A DNA stretch of 64,000 bases, from the NCBI GenBank assembly GCA_964016885.1, contig OZ024742.1, forward strand, positions 135,656,001 through 135,720,000, written 5' to 3'. The stretch is from Eledone cirrhosa (taxonomy: Eukaryota). The notes below the pieces were generated by a model. That model had not been told where the DNA came from. It saw only the letters and a list, made by a program, of their open reading frames with translations, and did no database searches. The translations under genes were made by a program, and so were the position numbers. Below, piece by piece: positions 26,289-39,780 of the stretch (position 1 is its first letter; the number at the start of each line of letters is the position of its first letter).

Positions 26289-27244
26289 TGTGCGTGTGAG
26301 TGTGTGTACGGGGGGGGTCGACTGAAACGTCCATAGACTGATCAAGATACTCTGAATGATAAAATGAGGTTCATTTCTTTCAATATAGACCCCGGATAGA
26401 AACAATGCAATAAGAAAATACAATGGGAGTCTTTAAGAAGGTTTATTTACAATGATATATGACTTTACGGGTTCCACATGTTTCATTCATGATTTTCAAT
26501 GCGAGTTACAAGTCGGTATAACCACGCATCTCTCCATCTCTCTTAACTTTTGAAAATTATGAAATTTGTGAAACCAGTAAAGTTATTGTAAATAATCTTT
26601 TGTGAAGAACCAATTCCAATTTTACATTGTTTTTCTGAATTTTTACACGTGTAGGATATATTGAAAAAACTTACTTTCCTTATATGTATAACGCTGAACC
26701 GCCAGTAACAATAGTTACACACATACCTACTATGTATATACATATAGTGAGAGAGAGAGATAGATGATGATTGATATATCTCATATTCACATGTGTTTCT
26801 TATATACACCATTGTGGTACTGATGACTTATCCCCAAGAATATCAGTACCGATGGGGAAGACCAATGAGAACAAATATGTATCGAAACCGGTTTGCACAT
26901 CTCCTGGCATCAACCTATTTCCGTTTCCACGATTTCTCTATGTACTCCTTGTATGTTAGAAAACTCATGCATATATTTACAGATATATAAACGAATACAT
27001 ATGCTACAAAAACGAACAATATAGCCACACAAGAACACATTTACAAAAACAAACACTGTCACACACACATGCACACACACATACACTCACTCCCCCCACC
27101 CAACACACTCACACATACGTACACAATTACACACTTTCTCTAATATAAAACATGAATGTTTAAGTGTTGTTCATAGTTGCACAGTCATCACCGCCCTCTG
27201 ATCAAATATATGCACAGAACCAAATGCTTTGTCTTTAAACTATG

Positions 27245-27428
<184 letters not shown>

Positions 27429-27794
27429 CAATGTATGCATGCGTATGTATGCCGGAATGTGTGTGTTAGTATGTCTGTGCGTGTGTTTACATATATACAT
27501 TCCTATTAGCAACATAAATATTAAGTAACGAGACTCGGCATTTTTTCTTGTTTTGGGTTTCAAGTCTTCTCTCACAATATAAGGCCAAATTCCAATCATC
27601 ACAACACATAACACAATATCCATTTAATCCAAATAAAATCAAATTACCAAATATTTAATTCACATTATTTAATAAAGAGCAGAATCTAGGACGAGGCTAT
27701 TGAGTTTGTAGTTGACGAAATTTTATAGCTTCAGACTTGCTTTAAATTCCTGTTTGAATGTCCAATTGTCTGAAGAAAGTAATAACAATAATAT

Positions 27795-28550
27795 TGGGTT
27801 TCTGATTCAGGCAAAAGGCCACAAGGGGAAAGGCAAATTAACACCAGTGCATTACTGGTAATTTATTTAATCGACACCATAAGGATGAAAAGCAAAACTA
27901 ACCTCGGCCTGATTTTAACTCAAGAGGAGGGAGTCGGATCGTTCACCACAAAGCATTCTATCTGACGTTCTAACGACTCTGCCAATTCGCCGAAATATTG
28001 AAAATGATAATACTAACAATAAGAACAATTTCTTATTTAGGCACAAGGCCAAAACATTTTTGGGGGGAGTTTATTAATTCGACCCTAGTGCGTTATCAGT
28101 ACTTTAATTTAGTGACCCCGTAATGAGGAAAAGGAAAGGTAACATTGACGGATTTGAACTCAGAACGTAAAGGAAGGTAACTATATGCCGCCACAAAGCA
28201 TATTGTCCAACGTTCTACCGACACTGCCAATCGACCAAACTTAATAATTGTTTCTGATTTAGGCTCAAGGTCAGCAATTTTTTGAGGGGGAAGGGAAAGT
28301 TGATTAAATCGACCCAGTACAATATTGGTACTTGATTGTATTGACACCATATTGATTAAGGTCAAACTAACCTCTGTGGGATTTGAATAGAATTACGGCC
28401 CTTTTCATTCTGTGTTCAAATGCTACCGAGGTTAGCTTTCCCTTTCATCATGACACTAAAATAAAGCACCAGTAATTTACAGGAAACAATTTATTCGACT
28501 TGCCCTTTCCCCTAAATTGTTGACATTATGTCTAGTTCAGAAACCATTAT
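27795..28550. mobile_element. Cluster of 3-4 older SINE copies in mixed orientation
   Basis: Repeated ggcacaaggcc / cgaccc.agt / ggatttgaactcag / ctgccaat segments of the SINE family. Confidence 0.7.
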
Positions 28551-28799
28551 TATAACAATCATTTCTTTCTTAAGTATGGTTCTCGTATATAAAGCAATAT
28601 ACACGGGGTTAATCGAAGTTTTATATTGATACGGGTTAGAGAAAAGCATTATATAATAGACGGATTAAATGTTGATAAAACCTAAAATAAATTACTATAA
28701 ACCGTACAATAATTAACACAAAATATAATAGCAAAAGCATTTCGCTTTAGCCTCCGTCATACAGATGTATATCCACTAGTTAAGTCAAGACAGAGAACC

Positions 28800-29870
28800 C
28801 CACAGTCATATGGTTAACGAACAGACATAAAGTTAATTAAGAATTACGTTTAACTATCAATAATAAGTTTAAATAAGTTGTAAACTTAAATGACTGTGAA
28901 AACGTTAACTAACAGACATAAAGTTAACTAAAATATGTGCTGGCCGCCTCCCATGTGATGGTGCTTTCAACGAAATTATAAATCATGGCCTGTATAGCGC
29001 CGGTTTCAGTTCCCAGCTTGAACCAGCGGGGCTGGACCAGGAGAAAGTTAAAGGCCAAAGAGCATGAAAATTCTCCCGTTTCGTAGGGTAAGCCCCTTAT
29101 CTAGGATGCCACATGTGAAAACTTCTCCTGCGACAACCTGATGCGTTCGTCTACCAGTTCCGAAGAGGGCAAACTTTCAAATTATCGGCCGGTCTCTGGT
29201 AGGTTTGTGATCGAGCTTGTGACAATGGAAACCTCCGGTGTTCTTGGCTCCCAGACGACATCCCTGCTCACTGCTATTGGAGTGGAGCCAGCTACCTGCA
29301 AGTGCGAGCTCCGCCTGGTGGAGTGGCTATTCCAGCACGTCTCTCTCACCGTTCTCCTAGACCATGTCGTCTCCATCCTGTCAGCCGGGGCCATGCAGTG
29401 GACTGTCCCTTAAGATTCATTTAAGGTGGTGGCATATGTAGGTAAAGCATAAAGTTTCCGAAACGATGATAAATAAAAGAAAATTATTGTAAATATGAGG
29501 TTAATTAACAGTCATACGGTTAGTATTCCGATATAAATTTAGCAAACTGTATTAATTTTAACAAACAGTCTTAGTGTTAACTTACAATCATATGATTAAT
29601 TAATTTCCATAACATTAACTGCCATAATTTTAAAAGAATTCAAGTGGACGAATTGTCATAAGGTTAACTAGCTGCCATAAGTTGAACTAACAATCACGAG
29701 GTTAGAGCCGTCATAATGTTGATAGTAATAAATTTGCCTGACAGGAATAAGGCTAGCTAACAAGTATACAGCTAGCAATGACAATTAAGTTAACAATCTT
29801 AAGATCGTCTAACTAAGAGTAAAACATAAACAGCCCTAATGTTAACTAACGGTCATACAGTTCACAAACA
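28800..29870. repeat. Degenerate about 19-bp minisatellite (AGTCATAAGGTTAACTAAC-like), interrupted by a CRE-like insertion
   Basis: Units such as cagtcatatggttaacgaa, cagacataaagttaactaa and ctgccataagttgaactaa on both sides of 28935-29410. Confidence 0.6.
28940..29410 (+). pseudogene. CRE-clade RLE non-LTR retrotransposon, 3' remnant
   Basis: AFNEII, SQLEPAGLDQ, GKPLI*DATC, TMETSGVLG, WLFQHVSL...VSIL match the CRE-type pattern LEP.GL...RPDG / L.WD.TC / ET.GV.G / L.QR.S. Confidence 0.7.
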
Positions 29871-30872
29871 GTCGGTAGATTATAGATGCTCTAGAAATGG
29901 ATGATGGGTTAAGGCTGGGACATAATTGAAAATAAGTATGTTAAGCTAAGTCTGACAAGGAGCTAAGTAAGAATTTAAAAAAAACGAAGAATGTGTAGGG
30001 GGGGGGGGGTAATGTGGTAGACGTAGGGTGTTTACGGCGAACAATGTTCGGAATCTGTATTATCTAAATATGAATCTCCCAGGGATTTGTTTCCCCGGAG
30101 GAAAATAGTAAATAGGACATGTTAGAAACTCTCAAATTACCACGTCACCACAATAAACTATTCTCTTTATTTGAAATAGTTGTAGCTGCTGACGTAAGTA
30201 TGGCATCATATATATATTCACACAAACCTTTGTATATACATATGTACGAATATTAAATATATGAATATGTAAGAAAGTATTACTTAATTATGATTGTATG
30301 TATTGTGTATACATAAAGCATACACACGACCGGGACTAGGAAATGTACTGAAATACACGTGTATCATGCCCGATAGTTTAATGTCTGTCCATTTACGTTT
30401 GAATATGTATATCTAAACTCATAAGACGATGTATACAAAAACACAAACACTCACACAATTACACATGCATATATAAACATGTATAAGTATAAATATATGT
30501 ATGAGTATAAAACTGTCGAGCATTTACAAGTATTAAATAATGAAGATTTGGAGTACATTTCGATATAACTATTATTTATTTATTAAAGCCTTCGCTCTCA
30601 AAAGAAAGAACAAACACTTTCAACAGAAATTTTGTTAAAAGATTAAAGACCTTATTTAAATATTCACTTCTTTAAAATGTTCAAATGTCAACACTTCCGT
30701 TTATACGACATTCCTAACGTCTTCACGAACCAAAGTGTCATCTTCCTGTTTTCTTTCGGTTGCAACGTTTTTCGAAATATTTACTTCTGCGTTCACAAAT
30801 TGATTTTTTTAGTTTCAGAAGATCCCGTTAAAGGTGAAAGCAGCGATTCTTTTCTTAAACTTTAATCGGTTA

Positions 30873-30935
<63 letters not shown>

Positions 30936-30952
30936 ATATATATATATATATA

Positions 30953-31290
30953 TAAATTAATAAAAACAATGAAATAAAAAGAAAGCACAAGTTCCTTATA
31001 TTAAAAAATTCATAATTTTACGAACGTTTCTAGGATGTATATGTGTGTTGGTATATATATCATATAGATCTATGTAAAAGTATTACAAATTATCAGAGAA
31101 AATATACATACCTTCACATATACTGAAGACAGCATGTATATTTCCTCTGATAATTTGTAATATTGTTACATAGATCTATATGATATACATACCCACACAC
31201 ATATACATCATAGAAACAATCGTAACATGATGAATTATCTAATATAAGGAAATTGATCTTTGTTTTTATTTAATTGTTTTTATTAATTTA
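30953..31290. repeat. About 165-bp-arm imperfect fold-back
   Basis: taaattaataaaaacaat...ttccttatatta...tatcatatagatctatgtaa...attacaaattatcagag mirrored by ctctgataatttgtaat...ttacatagatctatatgata...taatataaggaa...attgtttttattaattta. Confidence 0.85.
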
Positions 31291-31413
31291 TCTTGACTCT
31301 GTTTTCCTATGATTTTCATCGAAAATTTTTGAATGCATCTTCTCTTTTCATGATATTCGGATTACATTGAGTTCTTCATACGGATTGGACACTACCGTAT
31401 ATTTTGGTAGATT

Positions 31414-31559
<146 letters not shown>

Positions 31560-31740
31560 TATATTCGTGTACAGATATTTTTGCATACACAAAAACAAAA
31601 TATAAACAAACGTATTTATTTCACGAAAGCACAGACGGCTTATCGTTATTGTTACTGCCGATATGCCACCCAAAATGTCCTAGCCTGGCCGCAAGATCAG
31701 ATTTTCCAGAAGAAAAAATGTTACTAGAGCAACAGAGAGA

Positions 31741-31923
31741 CTAAGCTTCGCGATTACCATCAACAAAGCTCAGGGTCAAACCCTAAAAGTGGCTGGCCTT
31801 CATCTGGGAAAGCCATAGTCAATAGTATGTAGGATACTCCAGTTGTGAGCTCGCCAAACAATCTCTTCATCTTTGCTCCCCGAGGGCCGAACAAAAAATA
31901 TTGTATACTCTGAGACTCTAATA
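31741..31923 (+). pseudogene. Helitron PIF1-helicase C-terminal remnant
   Basis: LSFAITINKAQGQTLKVAGLHLGKP...Q*YVG...KNIVYSETL, paralleling 57290-57490. Confidence 0.75.
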
Positions 31924-33637
31924 AATGTAATTTATGTATTTTCTGTTACTTGGAATTTCGATTATGGTTGTACACATTATTGTAAAGTTTGTTAAAAAAA
32001 TGTGTTCTCTGTTCAAACTTTATTGTTGTACCTATCAATTTTCTTTAACGTACTGGCTGAGAAAAGAAACCTACAATGAAAGAACATCTTAAAGTTTACC
32101 CAAGCCAAATGTTGTATTTATTAACATTTCTATCTGCAGGTTCTTAGCAAGCTTACTGGCACTTTAGTATGGTATTCAATTCTCATATGGTAGCTATTCA
32201 TATGTGTTAAACATTAGATAACGATTGGTGATGTATATTGTACGACAGAATTAGGTGAATTAGCTGAAAAATATTTTGAATGAAAAGAGATATAACAAAG
32301 AGATATTTGTTGGTTGGTTCCTTCGCGTATCACACGAAAAAAACGGAAAGTGACTTTCGGAAATTATGTACAGGATTGGGATAAGAGTATATCCAGGAAA
32401 GTTTATTGATACTAATTTTATAACACCAAAGAAGAAGAAAGACATACCACGTATGCTAACTAACCTGACTGCTATTTCTAGCAGGTTGGGAATCAACCAT
32501 AAGGGATTCTATCTGCGAGTTCGTTGTCAGTGATGATCGTGTTTCGCGGCCTATGTCTCCGATTCCAACGGTGGTTTACACACACACACACACACACGCG
32601 CAAACACGCACGCGCACACGCACACGCACACACACGCACAGACACATATATATATATACACACACACACACGCACACACACATATATATATATACACACA
32701 CACATATATACACTCATGAACACTCACACACACACACATATATATATATATACACAAACACACACAAACATAGACACACACACACACACACTCACACACA
32801 CACACAATACACACACACTGTAAACAAGACAATGCATTCAATACAGACGTGTTCTCTTCTGCCGGTCTTCTCTTATCATTTGTTAACCTTGGCGAAACTG
32901 AGTACCTCAGCTAGTAATATATATATGGGTGACAAAAGTGTTAAACGTGGAATATATATGGCAAATATTTAGCCTTTTACTTATCGAGAAAAAAAAAATT
33001 ATAAGGATTAAGAAAGATAGTGTTACCCAAGTAAAATTTAAACTTGATGAAATATTTACTGTGATAAACGCATATGTATGAGCGTTTAACATCGCATTGA
33101 AGTGGAATTTATCCCAGCACATATCTTGGAACAGTTAAAGTATAAATACAAAACACATAACCCCCTCCGCTCTATAACGTCTGAAATATAATCATCGCCA
33201 CACAAGGCCGCTAAACAATTAAATACGCTTATCTAGTAATGTACGATGTAGAAGCGCAGAGTAATTTCTGTTTACCAAGCATGAAGTGACAACAGAAACT
33301 ATATTAAATGATTTCTAAATAGGCCAACATAACTGAAGAGTATATCTATAATAAACAATGATGAAAAGAATACTCCCAACGATAAAATCGTCACAGAGAA
33401 AACTTACACCAGTAAAAAAAAAATGATAACTTCAAATGCCCTAAGGACAGACACTGGTCTATTGGAGGCGCAGGACATGGCAGCGATAATGAGGGATAGA
33501 GACCGCTGGATCTCGGGAATTTTACCCGCCCTAGAATATATATATATATAGAGAGAGACAGAGAGAGAGAGAGAAAGAGAGAGAGAGAGTAAAGAAAGAG
33601 AGAACCAAATTTAAACAACATACGAAAATGTCTCTTT

Positions 33638-34826
33638 CATATATCTAGTTGAGAAACAAATAGTATTATGTACATATATATAGAAAGAAAAATAATAAAT
33701 GTACTCACTCATAGAACGAATCAAGCTAAAATTGTCTAAAGTTCACTTATATGGCTGTTGCATGGTAAATTCCAGAATATAATGCCTATAATCGATCTAA
33801 TGAGAGGGCTCAATCACCAATCATTGATCTTAGTAACGGCATCATCAAGACAAGGGAATGTCATTCGTCAGTAAGTGCTTATATCTCACCCTGTACGTTA
33901 ACTAATCCACTGCACAAGGAAAGACGATCGAATATAACCAATGTCTCCCAGAAGGCAGATATTACATGACTGGTTAGGTTAAATCTATACATATAAAATT
34001 TATATTGATTAAGTTACTCAAAAAGAAAAGCTCAATGAACATTAAACTCAAGGCATAATTTATATCTCCAGTTGAGACACAGCCAGTATTGTGTACTTAC
34101 TTACATTTAGAATGGCAAATAATGATTTCTTATATAGGTACAAACCAGCAATTTGGGAGGAGGGGAAAGTCGATTAAATCGACCCCTGTGCGTCACTGGT
34201 ACTTCATTTTACCTAACCCCGTAAGGATGAAAGGAAAATGTAACCTCGGTGGGATTTGAACTCAGATTATAAATGACCGTAACTATATGCTGCAAAGCAT
34301 GGTGTCCGACCCACTACCGATACTGCCAATCCACCGCCCTTAGAATAGCAAATAATAAATGAACTCACTTGAAGAAAGAATCAAACCAAAAATTGTCCAA
34401 ACTTCTATAAGTGTTTAAAGTCACTATATGTATCTCTCACTGTAAATTAACATTTACCTGCCTATGACGATCGAATAAAAGCACCTGATTTTAAACTAAC
34501 GTCTCTCAGAATGCAGATATTATATGACTGGTCGTAATAAGTGCTGAAAATAGCAGTCGAAAACAGTCCCTCACTGGCAACTCTACAAATTTAAAATTTA
34601 GAGTAGTTATACTATAATTAGGTTAAATCTATAAAAATATAATGAATATTGATTATGTTACTCAACAAAGAAAGCTCAATGAACATTGGGCTCAGAGCAT
34701 AATTTCTACAAATTTAAACGATATATGACAAACTTACTTCCATATATCTAGTTGAGAAACAACTAGTATCATGTACATACATAGAATTACAAATAATAAA
34801 TATACTCACTTATAGAAAGAACCAAT
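33638..34826. repeat. Degenerate tandem repeat (about 430-450-bp unit, 2 units plus a partial)
   Basis: tatatct..agttgaga.aca...agtat..tgtac...aaataataaat..actcact at about 33640, 34060 and 34741. aagctcaatgaacatt occurs twice. Confidence 0.75.
34124..34339 (-). mobile_element. Young SINE (longer variant), 17-bp TSD, inside the second tandem unit
   Basis: TSD ttagaat(g/a)gcaaataat at 34107-34123 and 34340-34356. Confidence 0.88.
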
Positions 34827-35895
34827 CTTTGATGTGTCGTTCCTTATCTTCCGTTGAATTTACCGGAATCGATAGTTGGTAATCTATAATCGTTTGCTTC
34901 GATCGATTTTCATTTAGCCGGCCTCTCTGGACTACGAAACAGTACTGTCAGGAAATATAGCTTTTCCCATTTCAAGTATGTAATTTTTCATGAAAATTAT
35001 TTTTATTATATATGTGTACGAAATGCTATATATTTCTCAAATGATATATGGCTCTTTCTCTAAATATATCTTGTAGATTTGAATTATTGATGCTCTGAAC
35101 TAAGGTGCATTGAGTTTATTTAAAGGGAAACATTGTTAACATGCATATTGAACATGTTTTGATACCTTAACGTTGTGTATACCTATATTATATATATGCA
35201 GAGAGAAATAAATGGATAGATTATATCAGAATAGCTAGAGAAATGTATATATATATATATTTATTCTTTTAATTGAATCTGGCAAACCGTATTGTTATAG
35301 TTAGTATCCTATTCACCCTAGCGAATCTGGTCTCTTATGATTTGAACAAATATATGTATATATCTGTGTTCATCTCTCTTTATATATATATATATATAAA
35401 GTTAACTCTTACACGGGAGGACGCCATCCGTGTAACTTATGCTCGGAGGAAACATTACAAATGCTGTTTTCGAAGGACCAACTCCTAAACAAGAAAGACG
35501 AACTGGTAACTGCATGCAAACACGGATTGCGTAGAACTTACCTCGCCCTCAAACCCCATAATGACCCGGGGGGGGGGTAGACAAGGGCTGAAACATCGCA
35601 CTTGCCGACTTTGTAAAGGTAGACGTAACTTTTTTCTTTTTTTTTTATCTTTTCCTCTATATTTCTTTCTTCCCCCCATCTCTTCCTAGTCCTTCCACCC
35701 CAGATCTCCTTCATTGTCGTCCTTTGTTTTTCACCTTTTCGCCCACCCCGATGCAGCCCATCGGTCCTCTGTAGCCTCAGTACCCCCCTCTAATTTTAAG
35801 ATAGAATTCGGCGATTATCTTTTTATAGCAGATGTGTTAGACACCAGATAATTGCTTTCTTTCTGGTTGCTGCTCCATTTCCGTGATTTCTAGAT

Positions 35896-36276
35896 TTCTT
35901 AGTGGTATTTTTGCATTAGTATTCATGTATTAGTATTTACGTATTAGTATTCTGAATTAATATTTCGTATTAGTTTTTTAGTATGTTTGTCCTCAACTTA
36001 TTAACCTGTCATTGTAAGATAGCATTGGCTAATTACTACTAACTATTGCAGTGGTGTTAGATCCCCTGTAAAGATGGCTTGATAAAATTCTTAGTGGTAT
36101 TTTTGCATTAATATTCTTGTATTAGTATTTATGTATTAGCATTCGGAATTAATATTTCGTATTAGTTTTTTAGTATGTTTGTCCTCAACTTATTAACCTG
36201 TCATTGTAAGATACCATTACTACTAACTATAGCAGTGGTGTCAGACCCCCTGTAAAGATGGCTTTATAAAATTCTT
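35896..36276. repeat. About 190-bp tandem duplication
   Basis: ttcttagtggtatttttgcatta...cccctgtaaagatggctt.ataaaattctt present twice with few differences. Confidence 0.9.
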
Positions 36277-36679
36277 TCACTGCAATCTCGTATTTAGCAT
36301 TTTTCTCCACCAATTAAAATTTTCTATAGCTTAGCAATACCAATGAGAGATTTGGTGATTGTGTGGATGGAGCAGTAACCAGAAATTGTTTTTATTATAT
36401 ATTTATTTCCTCATTTTTATAAAGGCTTTTTTGTTTACTCCCTTTCGATTTACCTATATTTTCACCACCCCCTCCCCTATCCAGTACTCTTTTTTCGACC
36501 TTCTATACACTATCCTTAGAATCTGCTGTATAGATTTCACTTTCAACGCTTGACTGGGTTTCTCCCACTCCCTCTTTGTTCTACCGGCAAGTTCAGCTAC
36601 CCCTACCTTCCACTAAAGCTATGATAGAATCATCTGTCTTTACAACAAATTTTTGACCAATTCTTTTGACAATTACTAT

Positions 36680-36884
36680 CTTCCCATATATGGAATTACC
36701 CCCTCAGAAGTTCGGCTATTTATTTACCAGGCTAAAAATTCTTATTTAGTCCAGAATTAGGCGTCGAAACGGCTTGAGATCTGCCGTCGGGGTCATACTT
36801 GTTCCTATTACCCACTCTGCTACCCTAAGTATTGAGTACTTTGGTGCGTTATGGTCCATCTGATTCCTTACCACATTTCCTTCG

Positions 36885-36888
<4 letters not shown>
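36680..36888 (+). mobile_element. Repeat family A copy
   Basis: Aligns with 18020-18150 (-), 14200-14308 (+) and 60228-60360 (-). Confidence 0.75.
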
Positions 36889-36957
<69 letters not shown>

Positions 36958-36961
36958 GTCT

Positions 36962-37004
<43 letters not shown>

Positions 37005-37162
37005 GCGTGTGCGTGTGTGTATGTATGTGTGTATTCATTTTATTAAGGGTAAATAGTGTCTTGTTAAAATGAATATGAAAACTCTACTTCTGTACGCTTA
37101 TCCCTTAGCCGTCAAACGCATGCACACACACAGACACACACACACACACATATGTATGTATG

Positions 37163-37242
<80 letters not shown>

Positions 37243-37664
37243 CAGAGAGCGAGAGCGGAGGTGAGAGAGGTCTAGAGGTAGATAGAGATATAGATAGCTA
37301 GGATAAAACCAGGAACGTCTAAGAGAAATAAAGAACAAGATGATAGAAAGGGAGAAAGAAAAGAAATGTTGGTTAGATGGATGAGAGATTATAGAAGGAG
37401 GTGGAACAGCGGAGCTAAAAGTTGAGTGTTTGGGTGGTAGGTTTGGTTAGTTGGTCGGTGTGGATTTTTTTTTTTTCTGGGAGGAGACAAAAACCAGATG
37501 TGTACGACCTTTGACTTGTAGAAATATTCCTCCCACCACCAAACATCTCTAAATATCTCTCCTCCTCTCACCAGAACCCTTCCATTTAGTTAGATTAGCC
37601 CAACTGGATTCTGGGGATAATGATGGATTGGACTGGCAATCTACTTAGCTTGTCAAACGTCACA

Positions 37665-39780
37665 TTGGTTGTTGTTGCTGTTGTTGTTGTTGTTGGTGTG
37701 GTTGCTGTTGTTGGTGGTGTGGTTGCTGGTGGTGTTGTTGTCGTTATCGTTGCGGTAAAGAATGATCTAGTTTCATTGTGGTGTTGGTGGTGGTGGTGGT
37801 GGTGGTGGTGGTATAGTGTTGGTGTTGTTGGTGGTGATGATAATGGCTGTGTTAGTAGTGGTAGTGTGTGGGGGGGGTGAGGGTATTTGTGGTGATATAT
37901 TGTTGGTGTTGTTGGTGGTGATGATAATGGCTGTGTTAGTAGTGGTAGTGTGTGTGTGTGGGGGGGGGGTGATATATTGTTGGTGTTGTTGGTGGTGAGG
38001 ATAGTGGCTGTGGTAGTAGTATTAGTGTGTGTGTGGGGGGGGGGGGTATTTGTGGTGATATAGTGTTGGTGTTGTTGGTGGTGATGATAGTGGCTGTGGA
38101 AGTAGTGGTAGTGTATTGTGCTCGTGGTGGTGGTGGCGGTGGTACTTGTGGTGGTATAGTGTTGGTGTTGTTGGTGGTGATGATAGTGGCTGTGGAAGTA
38201 GTGGTGGTGGCGGTGGTGGTGGCGGCGGGGGTACTTGTGGCGGTATAGGGTTGGTGTTGTTGGTGGTGATGATAGTGGCTGTGCTAGTAGTGGTAGTGTG
38301 TGGGGTGGTGAGGGTATTTGTGGTGGTATAGTGTTGGTGTTGTTGGTGGTGATGATAGTGGCTGTGGAAGTAGTGGTAGTATATTGTGGTGGTGGTGGTG
38401 GTGGTGGCGGGGGTACTTGTGGCTGTATAGTGTTGGTATTGTTGGTGGTGATGATAGTGGCTTTGGTAATAGTGTAGTGTATGGTGGTGTTGGGGGTACT
38501 TATGATGGTATAGTGTTGGTGTTGTCGGTGGTGTTGATTGTGGCTGTGGTTGTAGTGGCAGTGGTGGTAGTAGTGGTAGTGTGTGGTGGTGGTGGAATGG
38601 GAGGGGGTTACTTGTGGTAGTATAATGTTGGTGTTGTTGGTGGTGATGATTGTGGCTATGGTAGTAGTGGTAGTGTGGGGACGGTGGTACTTCTGGCCGT
38701 GGTGGTGTTGTCGGTAATAGTGACAGTGGTGAAGATAGCGGTGTTGTGGATCGTAGTGATAGAGATAGTGGTAGTGGTAGTGGTAGTGGTAGGGTAGTAG
38801 TGGTAGTGGTAGGGTAGTAGTATTGGTTTTGTTGGTGGTATAGTGTTGGTGATGTAGGTGGTAATGATAGTCGTAGTGTTAGCGGTGTTGTGTGTCGTAG
38901 TGATAGTAGTGTTGATGGTGGTGGTGTTAGTGGTGTTGCTGGTGCTGGTGATGATGGTGATGGTGATGGTAGTGGCGGTGATAGTGTTGGTGGTGTGTGT
39001 CTTAGTGGGAGTGGTGGTTGGTGAGATTGTGCTGGATGTACTGGTGGTGTTATATAACGTGTGTGTTGTAGCTCTTAGTGAGAGTGATAGAATTAGTGGA
39101 TGTAGGGTGTTGATATTATTTTATAGTGCTGAAGGGTGGTGGATTGGCAGTATCGGTAGAGGGTTGGACGCCATGCTTTGCAGCATAGAGTTACTCCCCT
39201 TTATGATCTGAGTTCAAATCCCTCCGAGGTTAACTTTGCCTTTCATCTTTACGGGGTCGATAAAATAAAGTACCAGTAATGCACTGGGTAATTGCTGGCC
39301 TTGTGCCAAAAGTAGAAATAATTATTTTAGAGTGCTGAAATTGAATGTGGTGGTGGGGAAGCTGATGGTGGTGGTGGTGGTTGTAGTGCTGGTGGCGGAG
39401 GTCCGGTTCGTGGTCGTCCTGGTGGTGGTAGTGGTGGTGTTGGTGGTGGTGCTAGTAGTGGTGGTGGTGGTGCTGGTGCTGGTCGTCGTCGTTCTGGTGG
39501 TGGTGATGGTGCTAATAGCGGTAGTACAACTAATGGTGTATATGATGGCGATGTTTTGCTTAATGATATAGGTCTTGTTATTCCTAATGTTGTTGTTGCT
39601 AATAATTGTGATTTTTTTATGCTGATGATGAGGATTGAGATGGTTGTAGAAACTGTGTTGTTGCTTGTAGAATTTGTGATATTGATGAGTTTTTCGTGGT
39701 AGTTTAGATGATAGTGCTGTTTGTGGTTGTGTTGGTGATATATTTAATAATTTAGTTTGTGTTGTTGTTTAGTCATAGGC
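37665..39780. repeat. G/T-rich low-complexity minisatellite (GGT/GTT/GTA; about 75-100-bp higher-order unit)
   Basis: Recurring gtatagtgttggtgttgttggtggtgatgatagtggctgtg units. Confidence 0.9.
39134..39320 (+). mobile_element. Young SINE, 19-bp TSD
   Basis: TSD attatttta(t/g)agtgctgaa at 39115-39133 and 39321-39339. Confidence 0.9.

Noticed and set aside
37620-39571. Val/Gly-rich membrane-like ORFs
   Set aside because: They come from a GGT/GTT low-complexity minisatellite, are open in several frames, and are interrupted by a SINE.
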